From Neovahlkampfia damariscottae (taxonomy: Eukaryota): a stretch of 42,864 nucleotides of DNA. Of this stretch, positions 27,121 through 39,041 are shown in pieces. The notes beneath the pieces were generated by a model. The model was not told the origin of the DNA, made no database searches, and saw only the letters and a program-made list of their open reading frames with translations. A program made the translations under genes and the position numbers. How positions within the stretch are numbered: position 1 is the stretch's first letter; each line of letters begins with the position of its first letter. The DNA is taken from the NCBI GenBank assembly GCA_016618085.1, contig JABLTG010000164.1:1-42864 (forward strand), read 5' to 3'.

Positions 27121-27165
27121 ATCTATTTTCCCTCTTTTTTTTTTTTTTTATCCAATCAAAACAGC

Positions 27166-29427
27166 ATGATGAACGAAGAGGTTATACAACAACAGATTCG
27201 TCATAACAATTCTTTAAACATGTTCCAGAATTCTATATTCTTATCAGAGCGATTATATGCACTAAATAGTTCATTTGAAAATTTACATATTTTAGCAGAC
27301 ACTTATCATAAAAGGTTTGGAAAAAAAAAAATAAAAAAAAAAAAAGTGGCGACTGTGAAATGGCATATCATCTACTTGTTAGAAATTCACAAAAATTTTA
27401 TAAATTTGATCTTTCTTTGTCAGAACACCAAAGAGATTTGATTTATTTATTTTCAATTATTTGTGTTAAACTTTTGAAGTATCCACAAGCAGAAAAAGGA
27501 TTAAATATTTTATATAATCAAAATACTAGAGATTATAGTGTGCTATATTGGCTCGGTATTATTATGAGATATACAGAAAGAACTAAAAAAAGTATAAGCT
27601 TTTTTCAAAAGTGTTTAGATTTAAATCCTTTCATGTATTCAGCTTATGAGAATATATGTCAATTAGGTATATTTAAAGTATCTTTTTAAAATCTCAGGTG
27701 GCCATGTTGATCCTGCAACCTCGTTTCATTCAAACAAAGAAATTGAAGAAATAAAAAAATTCACTCCAGTAAAATCAACAAAACCACATATGGAAACAAC
27801 ACCTTTATCAACACCAGTGTAAGACTTGAATTCATTTAACAACTCAAATTCATCTTCAGTAGCCAAGAAAAAAAAAAAGAAAAATTTCAACCTTTATTTA
27901 CACCGGAACAACCTTCAATTGCAGGTACATTATTTACTCCAGGAACAACAATTTCTTCAATTAGAACAGGTACTCCAGATCACTTCTTTACTCCAACTCC
28001 TGATAATTTTAATCAAAAATTTTTATCTTCATCTGTTGAACCATCAAATAATTCAAATTTATTAAAAACACCAACACAAGGATCAAAGAATTTATTTTTT
28101 ACACCTGAAATTGAAAGAGAACAAGATAATTTTTTGCCTCAATTAAATGCTCCTCCAATCAAAAGAAAACAAAAATCAAAACCTAATGAACAAAAGAAAC
28201 TTGCAAAACTTTCAACATCATCATTTTTAGAACAAAATCAAACATTTGAATCACAAACTGACATTAATGATAAAAAAGAAAAAACTTCTAATTTTATGGA
28301 ATTGTTACAATTGATTGCAGAAGGATATCAATTATTCACTGGGTAAGAAATTCTTTTTTTAACTGGAATTTTTTTGTCCAATAGATATAGATGTCGTGAA
28401 GCAATTGAAAAATTTTTACAATTACCATTACATCAAAGAGAAACTGGATATATCATTTCATTAATTGCAAAATGTTATTTTGAAATGAATAATTATATTG
28501 ATGTAATCAATCAGTCACTTTTTAATATTTTCAATAGTCAGATTCAAACTTTTTAAAAATGATTGATCTTGAACCTTGGAGATTACAAGGATTAGAAATT
28601 TATAGTACTGTTTTATGGCATCAAAAAAAAGAAAAAGAATTAACTTGGTTAGTTGATCATATGAATGATATTAATCCAAATTCACCTTATACTATGATAA
28701 CAAAAGGAAATTCATTTAGTTTTCAAAAAGAACATAAAGTTGCTTTAAAATTACTACAAAATTCAATTAAATCAAATTCAAAAATTCCATATGCTTATAC
28801 ATTATGTGGACATGAACATTTCGCAAATGGTATGAAATTTTTTATTCACATAATTTCATAGATGATTTGGAAGAAAGTCTTGCATCTTTTAGAACTGCAA
28901 TCAAAGTTGATGAAAGACATTATAATGCTTGGTTTGGAATTGGAAAAGTTTATTATCGTCAACAAAAGTATGATTTAGCTCAACATCACTTTAAACAAGC
29001 ATTATCAATAAATCCAAGAAGTTCTGTACTTTATAGTTATATTGCAATGACATTGAACTCTTTACAAAATTACTCTGATGCTTTAAATATGATTGAGAAT
29101 TCATTATCAATTGATCCTTTGAACCCAATTGCTAAATTCAAAAAATCGAATATTTTGGTATCCATTAATCAATTCGATTTAGCAGTTGCTGAATTGAAAG
29201 CATTAATTGAAATTGAACCAAATGAACCTTCTGTTTATTCTCTTTTAGGAAAGATTTATAACAAATTAGGTCAAAAACAAGAAGCAATGAAATATTTCAA
29301 TATTGCAATTGATTTAGAAAATCCACATAAAGATAATCAAAGTGTTAAATCAGATATGTCAAAAATGTTTGAAGATGATGAAAATGACGAAGAAGAGGAA
29401 GATGATGATTATGAAGTTGGAAATTAA
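27166..29427 (+). CDS. CDC27: Anaphase-promoting complex subunit 3 (TPR), multi-exon
   Basis: NSIFLSERLYA, LNPFMYSAYENIC, a TP-rich linker, GLEIYSTVLWH, GNSFSFQKEH, YAYTLCGHE and RHYNAWFGIG. Confidence 0.95.
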
Positions 29428-29443
29428 AATTTTGATTTTATTT

Positions 29444-29989
29444 TTACAATTGATTAGATAACCAATCTAATCCTTCAAATAATCCCTCTCCTGAAGGTGC
29501 TACACAAGGTTGTATGAACCAATTTTTTTGTTTCAAACTATTTAAACCTAATCTTCCTGATAGCTCTTTTGCATCAATAGCATGTGGTAAATCTTGTTTG
29601 TTTGCCAGTATCAAGAGTTGTGAATTTTCTAATTGTGAGTCTGACATCATTTTGTGGAGTTGTTCTTTGGCTTCTTGAATTCTATCAATATCGTTTGAAT
29701 CTATAACAAAAATGATAGCATCTGTTCCTGAATAGTAATACTTCCACAACTCTCTGATTTTGTCTTGACCTCCAATGTCCCACATGGTAAAATTGATCTT
29801 ATGATATTGTAAAGTTTCTACGTTGAAACCAATGGTTGGAATACAGAGTATCTCTTCATCCAACTTTAATTTATACAAGATGGAGGTTTTTCCTGCAGAA
29901 TCTAAACCGACCATCAATATTTTCGCTTTCTTCTTTTGTGCCCATGATGAAAAGAATTCTGATAAAGATTTCTTAATTGTTTGTCCCAT
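29444..29989 (-). CDS. ADP-ribosylation factor family GTPase (canonical, intronless)
   Basis: MG start, [31 protein letters not shown] and [11 protein letters not shown]. Confidence 0.95.
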   Translation of the reverse strand: MGQTIKKSLSEFFSSWAQKKKAKILMVGLDSAGKTSILYKLKLDEEILCIPTIGFNVETLQYHKINFTMWDIGGQDKIRELWKYYYSGTDAIIFVIDSNDIDRIQEAKEQLHKMMSDSQLENSQLLILANKQDLPHAIDAKELSGRLGLNSLKQKNWFIQPCVAPSGEGLFEGLDWLSNQL

Positions 29990-30178
29990 TGTTTTCTGAA
30001 AATTTTCAACTATTGGACAGTCTATTTAAAGACTATGTGGACCAATCATTGTTTGACCAGTTGTTCATCCAATCCTCAACCAACAACAATGGAGGAAAGA
30101 ATGATTGGTCGAAAAACTTCAGAGAAATACATCTGAATGTTTTTTTTGAAGGGAAATTAAATATCACAATTTTTTATT

Positions 30179-31601
30179 TCACCGACCATCAATATCATCA
30201 ATGCACTGTTTGACAAAAGAAATCATGACTTTGATATCAACTTTATAACTATAATAAATAGATGGAAAATCTGGAGAAACTCCTCGTGGATCAATTAGTA
30301 ACTTTTCATGAATACTTGGACGATAATATTTTTTTCCGAAATGAGCAAAATTTGACCAAAAAAAACTCTCTAATTTTTTGCAACAAGTTTGATTTCCACT
30401 TGGAAAAAAGGTTTGCTCTATTGTTGTACCATCAATACATGGAAAACAACTATCCAAAAATATTGCATTTGCTCGGTCTGGAAGAAACATTGAAACGAAA
30501 CTTGAACCACCAGCAGGGGTTATAAAAACAGTTGTTTTTGATAATAATTCCGCCTCTTCACTAGAATTTAGTGATTTTCCTTTGTAAATCACCACTGGAA
30601 CATCAGGAAAAGTTGAGTTTAAAGCCTTTTGCAGTTCATCTATATTCAGAATTGAACGTCTATATCCAACTGTTTTGTGAGAAATTGTAATTTGATGTTT
30701 TTTAGGTAATATTCCTTTTGTTTTGACAGCATTATTTCTGTAAAACGAATTTCTCATGATTCTGTAAGCTCCTGGATGATCATTCCTTCTTGCCATGTAA
30801 TTCCTACTTCTATCACCAAGCAACAGTGTATCAAAGCAAATAGTTTTTCCTTTGTGTTCTTTTAATATTTTGGGTAGTTCTAGGTAACTTTGTTTGTGGT
30901 GAGACAAAACCGAAAAATATTTTTGTTGCACTCGTTCACATAAAGCAATTGAATCAGCACCATAAGTTTTGTTTAAAGCAACACATGGAGTATTTACAAT
31001 CACTTGAAAGTCACCTGAATGTTGCATATTCATATCTATCATTTCCATAAAAAGTGGTTTGACAACATCACCAATTAAATGACCTGTGTTCAAGATGGCT
31101 CGTTGTTGAGTAAAAATGTAATTACTAGAAGTGTTCATGTAATAAGTATTCCTTGGTAAATGATTCCATTTGACAGCAATGTTTACTGATGAAGTTCCTC
31201 CACTCATTCCTGGTAAGTCTTCAAATGTTTTGATAAAGTTTGTAGCAGAACCATAATTTTGATAAAATCTACCGTTTAAAGATTTTTTGTCCAAATATAA
31301 AGTGAATTTGTTGTCTTGAAAGCAAATATCTCTGAAAATACAAGTTTGGTCCATCGAATTAAATCCAATTTCTTTATGTATGACTTCTGACAGATAAACA
31401 CCCACACAGTAAAAGTTGGATTGGTTTAGTTTCTTTGGTGGAAGTAATGAGAAAGCATTCTTTTCTTCTGCAATAAATTTTGGTTTCTTTTGTGTTTCTA
31501 TTTCGAAAGCGGCTCGTTCTGAGGTGTGGTATGAAGAATAGAAAAAACACCAAAACAAAAAGCAAAAAAACGATTTGCAGTGTTTTGGAGAAGTTGGGCA
31601 T
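30179..31601 (-). CDS. Glycosyltransferase family 61-like protein; signal anchor out of frame (frameshift near 31542-31547)
   Basis: CIFRDIC, NTGHLIGD, RRSILNIDEL and EAELLSKTTVFITPAGGSSFVSMFLP. The ATG at 31601 plus the hydrophobic anchor are in a different frame from the 30179-31558 ORF. Confidence 0.7.
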
Positions 31602-32003
31602 CAAAAAAAAAAACCAGCCAATAGAAATGAAATTGCCTCAAAAAAAATCTGCAATTTTAACAAAAAAATAAGTTGTTAAAATTAGGGTTTAAAACATGGA
31701 ATACTGGTGAATTGTCAAATTGATGTTACACTTTCATTGGTCGAAAATAAAAGGCAGTTAAAAACACTGATGAGTTTTTCAGCACAGTTCAACACAAATC
31801 AACAACGGTGAATTGTTTCCAAAAGAAAAATAGATGTATCACATGAAGAAGAGACCAGAAGAAGAAAAGCCCATTAATAATGTCAGAATGTTTTCATAAA
31901 GATGAGAAAGAATACTGATGAATTCCCTAGTTTAAAATTCCTAATCTCTTTATAAAATTATTTATTTCTAGCAATTCACTTCTAATTTTCTTTGGATTAG
32001 ATG

Positions 32004-32017
32004 AAAAAAAAAAAAAA
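32004..32017 (-). terminator. Pol III oligo-T terminator of tRNA-Trp
   Basis: T14 run on the minus strand 3 nt after the tRNA 3' end. Confidence 0.6.
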
Positions 32018-32020
32018 TTT

Positions 32021-32092
32021 TGAGGCTTGAAGGAATTGAACCCGCGACCTGACGATCTGGAGTCGCCTGCTCTACCCCTGAGCTAAAGCCCC
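32021..32092 (-). tRNA. tRNA-Trp (anticodon CCA)
   Basis: GGGGCTTTAGCTCAGGGGTAGAGCAGGCGA-CTCCAGA-TCGTCAGGTCGCGGGTTCAATTCCTTCAAGCCTCA folds as a cloverleaf. The T stem has one C-U mismatch and one G-U pair. Confidence 0.9.
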
Positions 32093-32175
32093 TTTCTTGG
32101 GGTTCTGAAGTTTGGTTATTTTTGGGTTTGTGGTGATTTTTTGATCATTTTTTGTGGTTGAAAATCTGAACTTTC

Positions 32176-32231
32176 GAGGCTTGTGCAACTGGTTCACGAT
32201 ATCGAACGCTTTACCCCTGAGCTACAGCCCC
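32176..32231 (-). pseudogene. Truncated tRNA-like relic next to tRNA-Trp
   Basis: GGGGCTGTAGCTCAGGGGTAAAGC matches 22/24 nt of the tRNA-Trp 5' part and ends in the same CAAGCCTC, but it is only 56 nt and lacks a T arm. Confidence 0.65.
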
Positions 32232-32627
32232 TTCTTGTGATTGGTGGCTACAAAAATTTAATTGGCCATTCTATTTGGAACATTTTTTTTCAATTTCTAA
32301 AACTTGCATATGAATTTTCAGAATGAATGGAATTTCATGAGCAGTTCTGAGATGATCATTAATTTCCACCTTTCTTTGTTCTCACAACCAAGTTTTCTGA
32401 TTCCTTATGATATTCTTGAGGGCAAGATTTCTTTGGTGAAGCTCTGGTTTTTTTTCAAACATTGCAATTTTTGTTTTGTAGGATCATTTGTCAATTCTTC
32501 TTTTTGACAACTACTTCCTTCTGTTTTTGGAGAAAAAAAAGGTCTCGGAAAATTACATCCAATTTCTCCGTAATAAAAATAAACAACCACTGATTGGTCT
32601 CAGCAACCAAAACATTTCCGACCAACA

Positions 32628-33791
32628 ATGTTGAACGAAATTCTCTTGCTTATTCTGTCATTGATTTGCCTTCGTTTTATCATTCATTTTTTTCAAGAAA
32701 AAGAAGCAAATAACTATCTTTCACAACATCAACACTGGAAAAGCTTGCACTTAGATTCAAAGAAAAAGAAACCATTACTCAAAAGAGAAATTAAAAAAAT
32801 AATGGTGACAGGAGGTTGTGGCAATTTTGGTTCTGCTTTAATTGAAATGCTTTGTGAAAAGTATCCAAATTCAAAAATCATTTCTCTGGATCTAATCACC
32901 AAACAATCAACAGAACAAGTGAAATATGTCAAAGGAAATATGACAGATATTGATACAATATTCAAATATTTTAAAGATGTTGATGCAGTTTTTCACACAG
33001 CAGCAATGATTGATTTGGATGGCATCAGATCAAAAGTATTAAAAATCAATTTACAAGGAGCACAAAATATTGTTGAATGTTGTATTGAAAATAATGTAGC
33101 ATATTTGATTCAAACTTCAAGTGTCAGTGCATGCCAACCACCAAATGGTGCATTGAATCTCACAGAAGAGCAAGCGACTTACAGTTTTTATGAAGCATAT
33201 GGTGAATCAAAAAAATATTCAGAGGAATTAGTCCTAGAAGCTAACGGAGTTAATGGATTAAATACTTGTGCTTTCATTACAGTTGGGTTATGGGGTGCCA
33301 AAGATCCTCATAATTTTGGTTCTGTTGTTACAATGAAAGACTTTGTTTTGGAATGTCCCTCACTGGACGCTGGTGCACAATCCAAATGTTATGTTGAAAA
33401 TTCTGCTCATGGTCAAATATTAGCGCTTGAAAATATGCATGTTGCAAATGGACAAAGATATTTGATAGCAGATGATAGAGCAATCAACACATTAGATTTT
33501 AAAATACTAATTTATGAAGAATACAACAAAAAAAAAGCAACATTCAAATATCTTCCAGGTTTTGTTTTTACAGGTTTAGGAATTGTTCTTTATTATTGGA
33601 GATGGTTTCTTCAACCAGTTGTAGATGTCAAAGTGTTGACAACAAAATGTCATACTCTCTATGCAGGTGAATTAACTTTTGATATTTCAAAGATTAAAAA
33701 AGAATTAAATTATAAAGCTCCATATACTGTGGAAGAAGCTGTCAAAAAAGCAGTTAAACTTTATAAAGAAAATGAATCATCAAAAAAATAA
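32628..33791 (+). CDS. 3-beta-hydroxysteroid dehydrogenase/NSDHL-like extended SDR
   Basis: VTGGCGNFG, VFHTAA, IQTSS, YGESK (YxxxK), YVENSAHGQILA and FDISKIKKELNY, with an N-terminal membrane anchor. Confidence 0.9.
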   Translation: MLNEILLLILSLICLRFIIHFFQEKEANNYLSQHQHWKSLHLDSKKKKPLLKREIKKIMVTGGCGNFGSALIEMLCEKYPNSKIISLDLITKQSTEQVKYVKGNMTDIDTIFKYFKDVDAVFHTAAMIDLDGIRSKVLKINLQGAQNIVECCIENNVAYLIQTSSVSACQPPNGALNLTEEQATYSFYEAYGESKKYSEELVLEANGVNGLNTCAFITVGLWGAKDPHNFGSVVTMKDFVLECPSLDAGAQSKCYVENSAHGQILALENMHVANGQRYLIADDRAINTLDFKILIYEEYNKKKATFKYLPGFVFTGLGIVLYYWRWFLQPVVDVKVLTTKCHTLYAGELTFDISKIKKELNYKAPYTVEEAVKKAVKLYKENESSKK

Positions 33792-33823
33792 AATTTTGAT
33801 TGGTTAAATCGAAACTCCTCTGA

Positions 33824-34631
33824 TCATTCCTTTTTTATTTCTTCCTTTTCCGTGAGATAATCCGGATATAAAGTACACATTTTGTTCATTTTTTCCAAAG
33901 TTTGCTTTGCCATTGTGGTCGCACCTAGATTTAGTAGCCATCCAGGAATATATCCATTCAAATCAGTTTGAGTCAAATACATCATTCTACATTTACCCTT
34001 CTCAATTGGATAGAAGTAATATCCTGTTATATGAATATCAGCTCTCACTAGACCTGAAAATTCAATTAAATATTTTCATACTTTCATGTTGAGGTACTTC
34101 ATCAATTTCTACACTTCTAATGAGTGTAACAAAATCGGTATCAGTTGCATTGTAACTCTTTAAAGCAACAAAATCTCTTCCTGACATAATTCCAACTGGT
34201 GATTTGAATGAAACTAAGATAGAAAATTAAACAAATCTAAAACTCCTACAATAAGAAATGATGTTGTTATCATCAATTTGTTTTATCAACTTCCAATTTG
34301 AGAATAAATCCCCTGTTGAAGCTTTTAAAAAAAAATGATCATCCTTTATCATCTGATGGAAATATGATGCTTCAACGTCAAAATCCACTGAGACTTTTAA
34401 CATATTCACTTTTGAATTTGATGATTCTTTTGTCCATACTTTCAAGTTTTCTTCATTCAATTTTTGAGACCAACCATCGTTTTCTTTAGACAATACGACA
34501 ACTTTAAATTTTTCAAACAGTTCAGTGGATGGTATTTCATATTTAGTTTTATCACTCAATAGGAATTGCCTTAAAGGATCTTCTTGTTCTGTTTTTTTTG
34601 CATCATTTCCTCCAAAGCCAAACCAAGACAT
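33824..34631 (-). CDS. START-domain lipid-transfer protein (PCTP/STARD10-like, 3 exons)
   Basis: GW....EENLKVW, MLKV, FKSPVGIMSGRDFV, VRADIHITGY and YLTQTDLNGYIPGWLLN. Confidence 0.88.
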
Positions 34632-34767
34632 GGAGTTTGTTTTTTTATTTTTCGGAAAAATATTTCATTGGACAAGAAATTCAACAATTATATTCTCCTC
34701 AGAATATGGCATGAGAAAAAAAAGTTTGTTTAAGATATAACTTTAAAGTTATCCAATCAAATCCAAA

Positions 34768-35763
34768 ATGGGAAATAAACAAACTTCACATGAATCAGAA
34801 GAAAATTATTTTCAACCAACTACTATTTCAACAAAACTACAAAAAATTCCTGACGAATTTGACTCATTTGTAGGTTTTTCCTTTCATCACAAAGCTCTGA
34901 GAACATTTGCCTTTGAAAAAAATATTTTCATTTTTACAAAACATAAAGAACTCTACAGAATAAATTCAGATTCAACCACAATTGTACTTTATCAAAATTT
35001 TCCTCAAAATATGGAATTTGATTTCTCATATGATCTCAGATATTGTTATATCACTTTTTGGAATTGTATTCAAGTTTGGGATTGGTCAAAAAACAAACAA
35101 ATCATTTCATTTCCATCTTACTCTTCACATTTTAAAGAAGCAAAATATTTACATTCATTGAAAAATTATGTTGTTTTGATTTCAGAGCATGAAGCAAAAA
35201 TTTATAATTTACAATTTGATTATTTACATAAACAGAGTGGAACGTTTACTCGTGTTGTGCAATTCAAAAATTCATTAATTTTTGATGATTTTTGTATATT
35301 AGACATGACATATAAAACGACAAGTATGATTTCTGATGAATTACGTGGCGTCAAACGATTGTATTGGAAGGATGAATTTTTGTTACATTTTGAAAGTGAG
35401 TTTTCTGCAGGAAGTAATGTCTCACTACTTTTTTCAAATGAAAATATTGAAATTGTAAAAGTTTATAGTATTAATGTCCCAAACTCAAATGAGAAAATTA
35501 GTCATAATTATGAAATATTTGGTGAATTTATTTTTCTGAAAAATAATTGTTGTCTATTGGATACAAAAAACAAAATGATTTTGAAATTGGATCAGTTAGA
35601 TAATTTTTTAACTTCAAAGAATCTCAAAAGTAAGTTAAATATTGTGGGTGAAAAATACTTGATTGTAGTAGATTCAAAACAAACAATGATTTTTTATTTA
35701 AAAAGAAAACCGGAAATCATTAAAACAAAAACATTGAGTGACTTGAAATTCAAATTTAAATAA
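34768..35763 (+). CDS. Hypothetical beta-propeller-like protein with an N-myristoylation-type start
   Basis: 331-aa intronless ORF, MGNKQTS start, IQVWDW WD-like strand, and a CCAAT at 34753. Confidence 0.6.
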   Translation: MGNKQTSHESEENYFQPTTISTKLQKIPDEFDSFVGFSFHHKALRTFAFEKNIFIFTKHKELYRINSDSTTIVLYQNFPQNMEFDFSYDLRYCYITFWNCIQVWDWSKNKQIISFPSYSSHFKEAKYLHSLKNYVVLISEHEAKIYNLQFDYLHKQSGTFTRVVQFKNSLIFDDFCILDMTYKTTSMISDELRGVKRLYWKDEFLLHFESEFSAGSNVSLLFSNENIEIVKVYSINVPNSNEKISHNYEIFGEFIFLKNNCCLLDTKNKMILKLDQLDNFLTSKNLKSKLNIVGEKYLIVVDSKQTMIFYLKRKPEIIKTKTLSDLKFKFK

Positions 35764-35768
35764 ATATT

Positions 35769-36215
35769 TTATTCTTTCATTTCAACAGCATTTGGATTGA
35801 CATTTCTTCCAAACCCTTCAAATTTAATAACTCCATCTTTCATGTCATGGGATCTATCTTTGTAAAAGATATGAATAGTAGGTTTGAGTTCTTCAAGTAA
35901 TTTCTTTTCTTTGTTTACTACATCAAAGGTTTGAATTAAAACGCCAACACCAAAGTTATGAATATGGTTGTAAAGGTGTGTGCCACATTTTGAACAAAAG
36001 TATCTATCACATCCTTCACTTGTTGGGTAGTGACTAAGGAGTTCTTTTCCTTTGGTAATTTGAAAGTTGTTTATTCCTACAATAGTTTCATTTAAATAGG
36101 ATGAGCTGTGAATGTGTTTACAGATAGAACAATGACAGCAAACAGAGTTTGTGATTTTTTGTTCAAATTTCCATTGTACTCCTGAGCAAAAGCAACCTCC
36201 TGTGTAAGTGTTCAT
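35769..36215 (-). CDS. GFA/CENP-V (Mss4-like) zinc protein
   Basis: YTGGCFCSGV, CHCSIC, RYFCSKCGTHL and PTIHIF. Confidence 0.92.
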   Translation of the reverse strand: MNTYTGGCFCSGVQWKFEQKITNSVCCHCSICKHIHSSSYLNETIVGINNFQITKGKELLSHYPTSEGCDRYFCSKCGTHLYNHIHNFGVGVLIQTFDVVNKEKKLLEELKPTIHIFYKDRSHDMKDGVIKFEGFGRNVNPNAVEMKE

Positions 36216-36322
36216 TTTTTTTTTACGTCTAGTTGACCAATGAAAATGAATCGTGTTCGCTTATTGGAAAGAACATTTGATTTTTTTCACCAAATTCGGA
36301 TACACTAACTTCCATTCTTAAA

Positions 36323-38294
36323 TTAATTAATATCGATTTGATCTTGGAGTAATTTGTTGGTTTTTAAAAATTTTGTGTATTCAGAAGTAAAACGAAATCT
36401 ACTCATTGTATCATTTAAATTGGTAAAAATTGCTTTGAGGAGATCATCAAATATTTCATCTTCAAAATGATTACTATCCATTTTCTTTTTTAAATCAGTA
36501 CATAGCTGTTGAGTAACGTTCACTTCTAATTCTGATCTTGAACCATTGAAGTAAGTGTAAAAAATTTCATCAAGAATTTCTGAACGTTCTTCCATTTTTG
36601 AATATTTAAATTTTTCAATATCCCGAATACATAAATAATTTTCAACACTCCATTCAGATTCACAATATCTTTTGAACAATTTACTGAATTCAGTATCCCC
36701 TAAAACACTTTGTAATTCTGATCCTGATTTCATGAAGCTATTTGGATTTGGAATCTTATTACCTCTTAGTTTCTTTATATATGAGTTTAAAACATTGATA
36801 ATCGTCAAAAATAAAACGAAACCAGATAAATAAAATGAGATGATTACATTTAAAGTTGCTATGGCAATAGATGCTGCATAAGTGATTCCATCATCAACTA
36901 TGATAATAAATTAATACATTTTTCATCAAAATTTACCTCCTTTTAATCTTGTTATTACTCCCAAAACAGCAAACGTCAAAAAACTCCCAATTGTGATCAA
37001 AATAATAAGAACAATAACACCAAATGATTGTTGTAATCGAAAATAAAAAGGATCTGATTTTATGAATACTTCTTGACATTTTCCTCTAAAAAAATCTTTG
37101 ACTGTCACAAAAATGTCAAAAATAATGATCAAAAGGTTAAATGAGATCATTGAAAATAAAAAAATGGCAGTCAAAAAATATACTGGTAAAAAAACAAATG
37201 TGCATCTTCCATTAGTAATGATTGCCAAAATTCCTTGTAAAACCAAAAATGAAACAAATATTGAAACAGTAAAAATGATATAAACATAATCAGCTGTTAA
37301 ATACTTCAAAATGAGAATAAAACGTGTGAAGAATGATCCTCTATGACCATGGATCCATGATTTATTCTTATTCAAATTCATTAATAAAACAAATCTTAAA
37401 TTATTAATCATTAAAACTGACAATAAAGTCGAAAAAATTGGAAAAGTAAATGATGATGTCATAAAGCATGACTTTGTTGCAATCCATTCTCCATCTAAAA
37501 AATAAGCAGGAAATGTTGAAAAATTAAAAATATATCCAAAAAATAAAAATAAAACTGGTGATATTCCTCTTGATTTCATTGGTTGTTCATTTCGAAAAAA
37601 AAACACAACAAATCATCATGAAAAGGTAATAACATGATATTCCAACAAATGCAGGGTTTGACATATTGATATATAAAAAAAGATTTGGTGGTATTAAATC
37701 ACATTGATTTTCGTTGATCCATAAACTCCTACTGTTTACATGAGTGTGCTTTGAAACAATTTCCCAACTTCCATTTTTTTCAACTGGCTTTATAGAATCA
37801 TGACAAGCAAAAAATACGTAATTTAATTCATTGGAGTGTTGAATTGAAATATTAAAACTGACCATCGATGTGAATTTCACGAAAGTGGCAGAATTGTCTC
37901 TTTTCACCAAAATTGGTGTTTTGCCAATTTTTTTATTGGTTTCATTGTGGGGTAAATCCATAAAATGTCCATAATATTGTGTTGACTGAGCTGAAACTGG
38001 CCACATTATTATCATTATTGTTGCATTATTGATGCTCTGAAATATCAAAATACATTATTTTTTTCTTACTGAATCCGGTCCAAAAGCCACTGAAGACCAT
38101 CCACCGTATAATCCGCATGTTGATATTTTTATTTCGATTCCAAGATCAGTTTCATTGGTGTTTTTCCATTCAACATAGTTGTCTTTCATGTATCTACAAT
38201 TTCTTCTGTTATTTTGAAGTAGTCTAGGTAAGATTTGACTGTGTATGTGTTCAAATAAACAAAAAAGTAAAAAAATAATGGGAAAATTTCTCAT
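36323..38294 (-). CDS. Multi-pass transmembrane RGS protein with signal peptide and extracellular domain; frameshift at A9 run 37595-37603
   Basis: Signal peptide, intron 38037-38069, RNEQPMKSRGISP followed by about 7 hydrophobic segments, and an RGS box LFKRYCESEWSVENYLC...ELEVNV...NLNDTMSRF. Confidence 0.82.
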
Positions 38295-38402
38295 CAACAA
38301 CGTCTTTTTTTTTTAATGGAAACTAAATTGATTGGTCCATTTAATTAATGTAAAATCGTTTGAAATTGTTATGTCGTATAAACGCAAAAAGTTGAGAAAT
38401 AA

Positions 38403-38936
38403 TTATTTTAATTTTTTTAATTCTTCCAAAACCCAATCAAATCCTTCTTTCAGACCATCACCACTAAGTGACGCACATGGCATTATTTTCCATCTCGTTT
38501 GTTTTAAAGTCATCAATTTAAATATGTCAATCATATTAGTTGTCATGACTGATCCTTTTTTGTCTTGTTTGTTTGCTAAAAATAATACAACAGCATTTGA
38601 AAGCTCTTCTTGTTGTAACTCTTTCATGATAACAGAGTTAACTTCTTGAAACCTAGTTGGGTCTGAAGAATCAATTACAACAATTACTGCGTCAGTATCA
38701 CTAAAATAATGTCGAAACAAAATTTGTGATTTGTTTCCAGCATAATAGTCAAGTATTCTAATTTCTGTATTGTTCACTTGAACAGATTCTAAGTTCATAG
38801 GAGTTGTGTATTTGATTTTACTCAAATTCAGTTGATTCATCATAGTTGTTTTTCCAGCATTATCCAAGCCCATAACTATAATTCTAATTTTCTTTTCGAA
38901 AAAATAATCAAACCAGCTTTGAATTGTGTTGCCCAT
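38403..38936 (-). CDS. Divergent ARF/ARL-family GTPase
   Basis: MG start, GLDNAGKTT, ANKQD and [15 protein letters not shown]. Switch I and II motifs are degenerate. Confidence 0.85.
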   Translation of the reverse strand: MGNTIQSWFDYFFEKKIRIIVMGLDNAGKTTMMNQLNLSKIKYTTPMNLESVQVNNTEIRILDYYAGNKSQILFRHYFSDTDAVIVVIDSSDPTRFQEVNSVIMKELQQEELSNAVVLFLANKQDKKGSVMTTNMIDIFKLMTLKQTRWKIMPCASLSGDGLKEGFDWVLEELKKLK

Positions 38937-39041
38937 TGTTTTTTTAAAGTATTTTGCCCAATGAAAAATTATTACAAAACAAGTGAAAGAGTTTTTTCTT
39001 CATTCTCTGTTGATAGCTAAGTTTTCATTTTTTTTTCTTTT

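Noticed and set aside
31682..31690. TTAGGGTTT telomere-like motif
   Set aside because: Single unit, no array.
31801..31815. AACAACGGTGAATTG resembles the element junction lacking CCAA
   Set aside because: Short match with no further similarity; compatible with chance.
31690..31990. CTGATGA motifs as a possible hammerhead ribozyme or C/D snoRNA
   Set aside because: I could not build the required stems or properly placed partner motifs.
32304..32590. Short ORFs on both strands upstream of the 3beta-HSD gene
   Set aside because: No motifs, uncertain starts and no coherent splice model.
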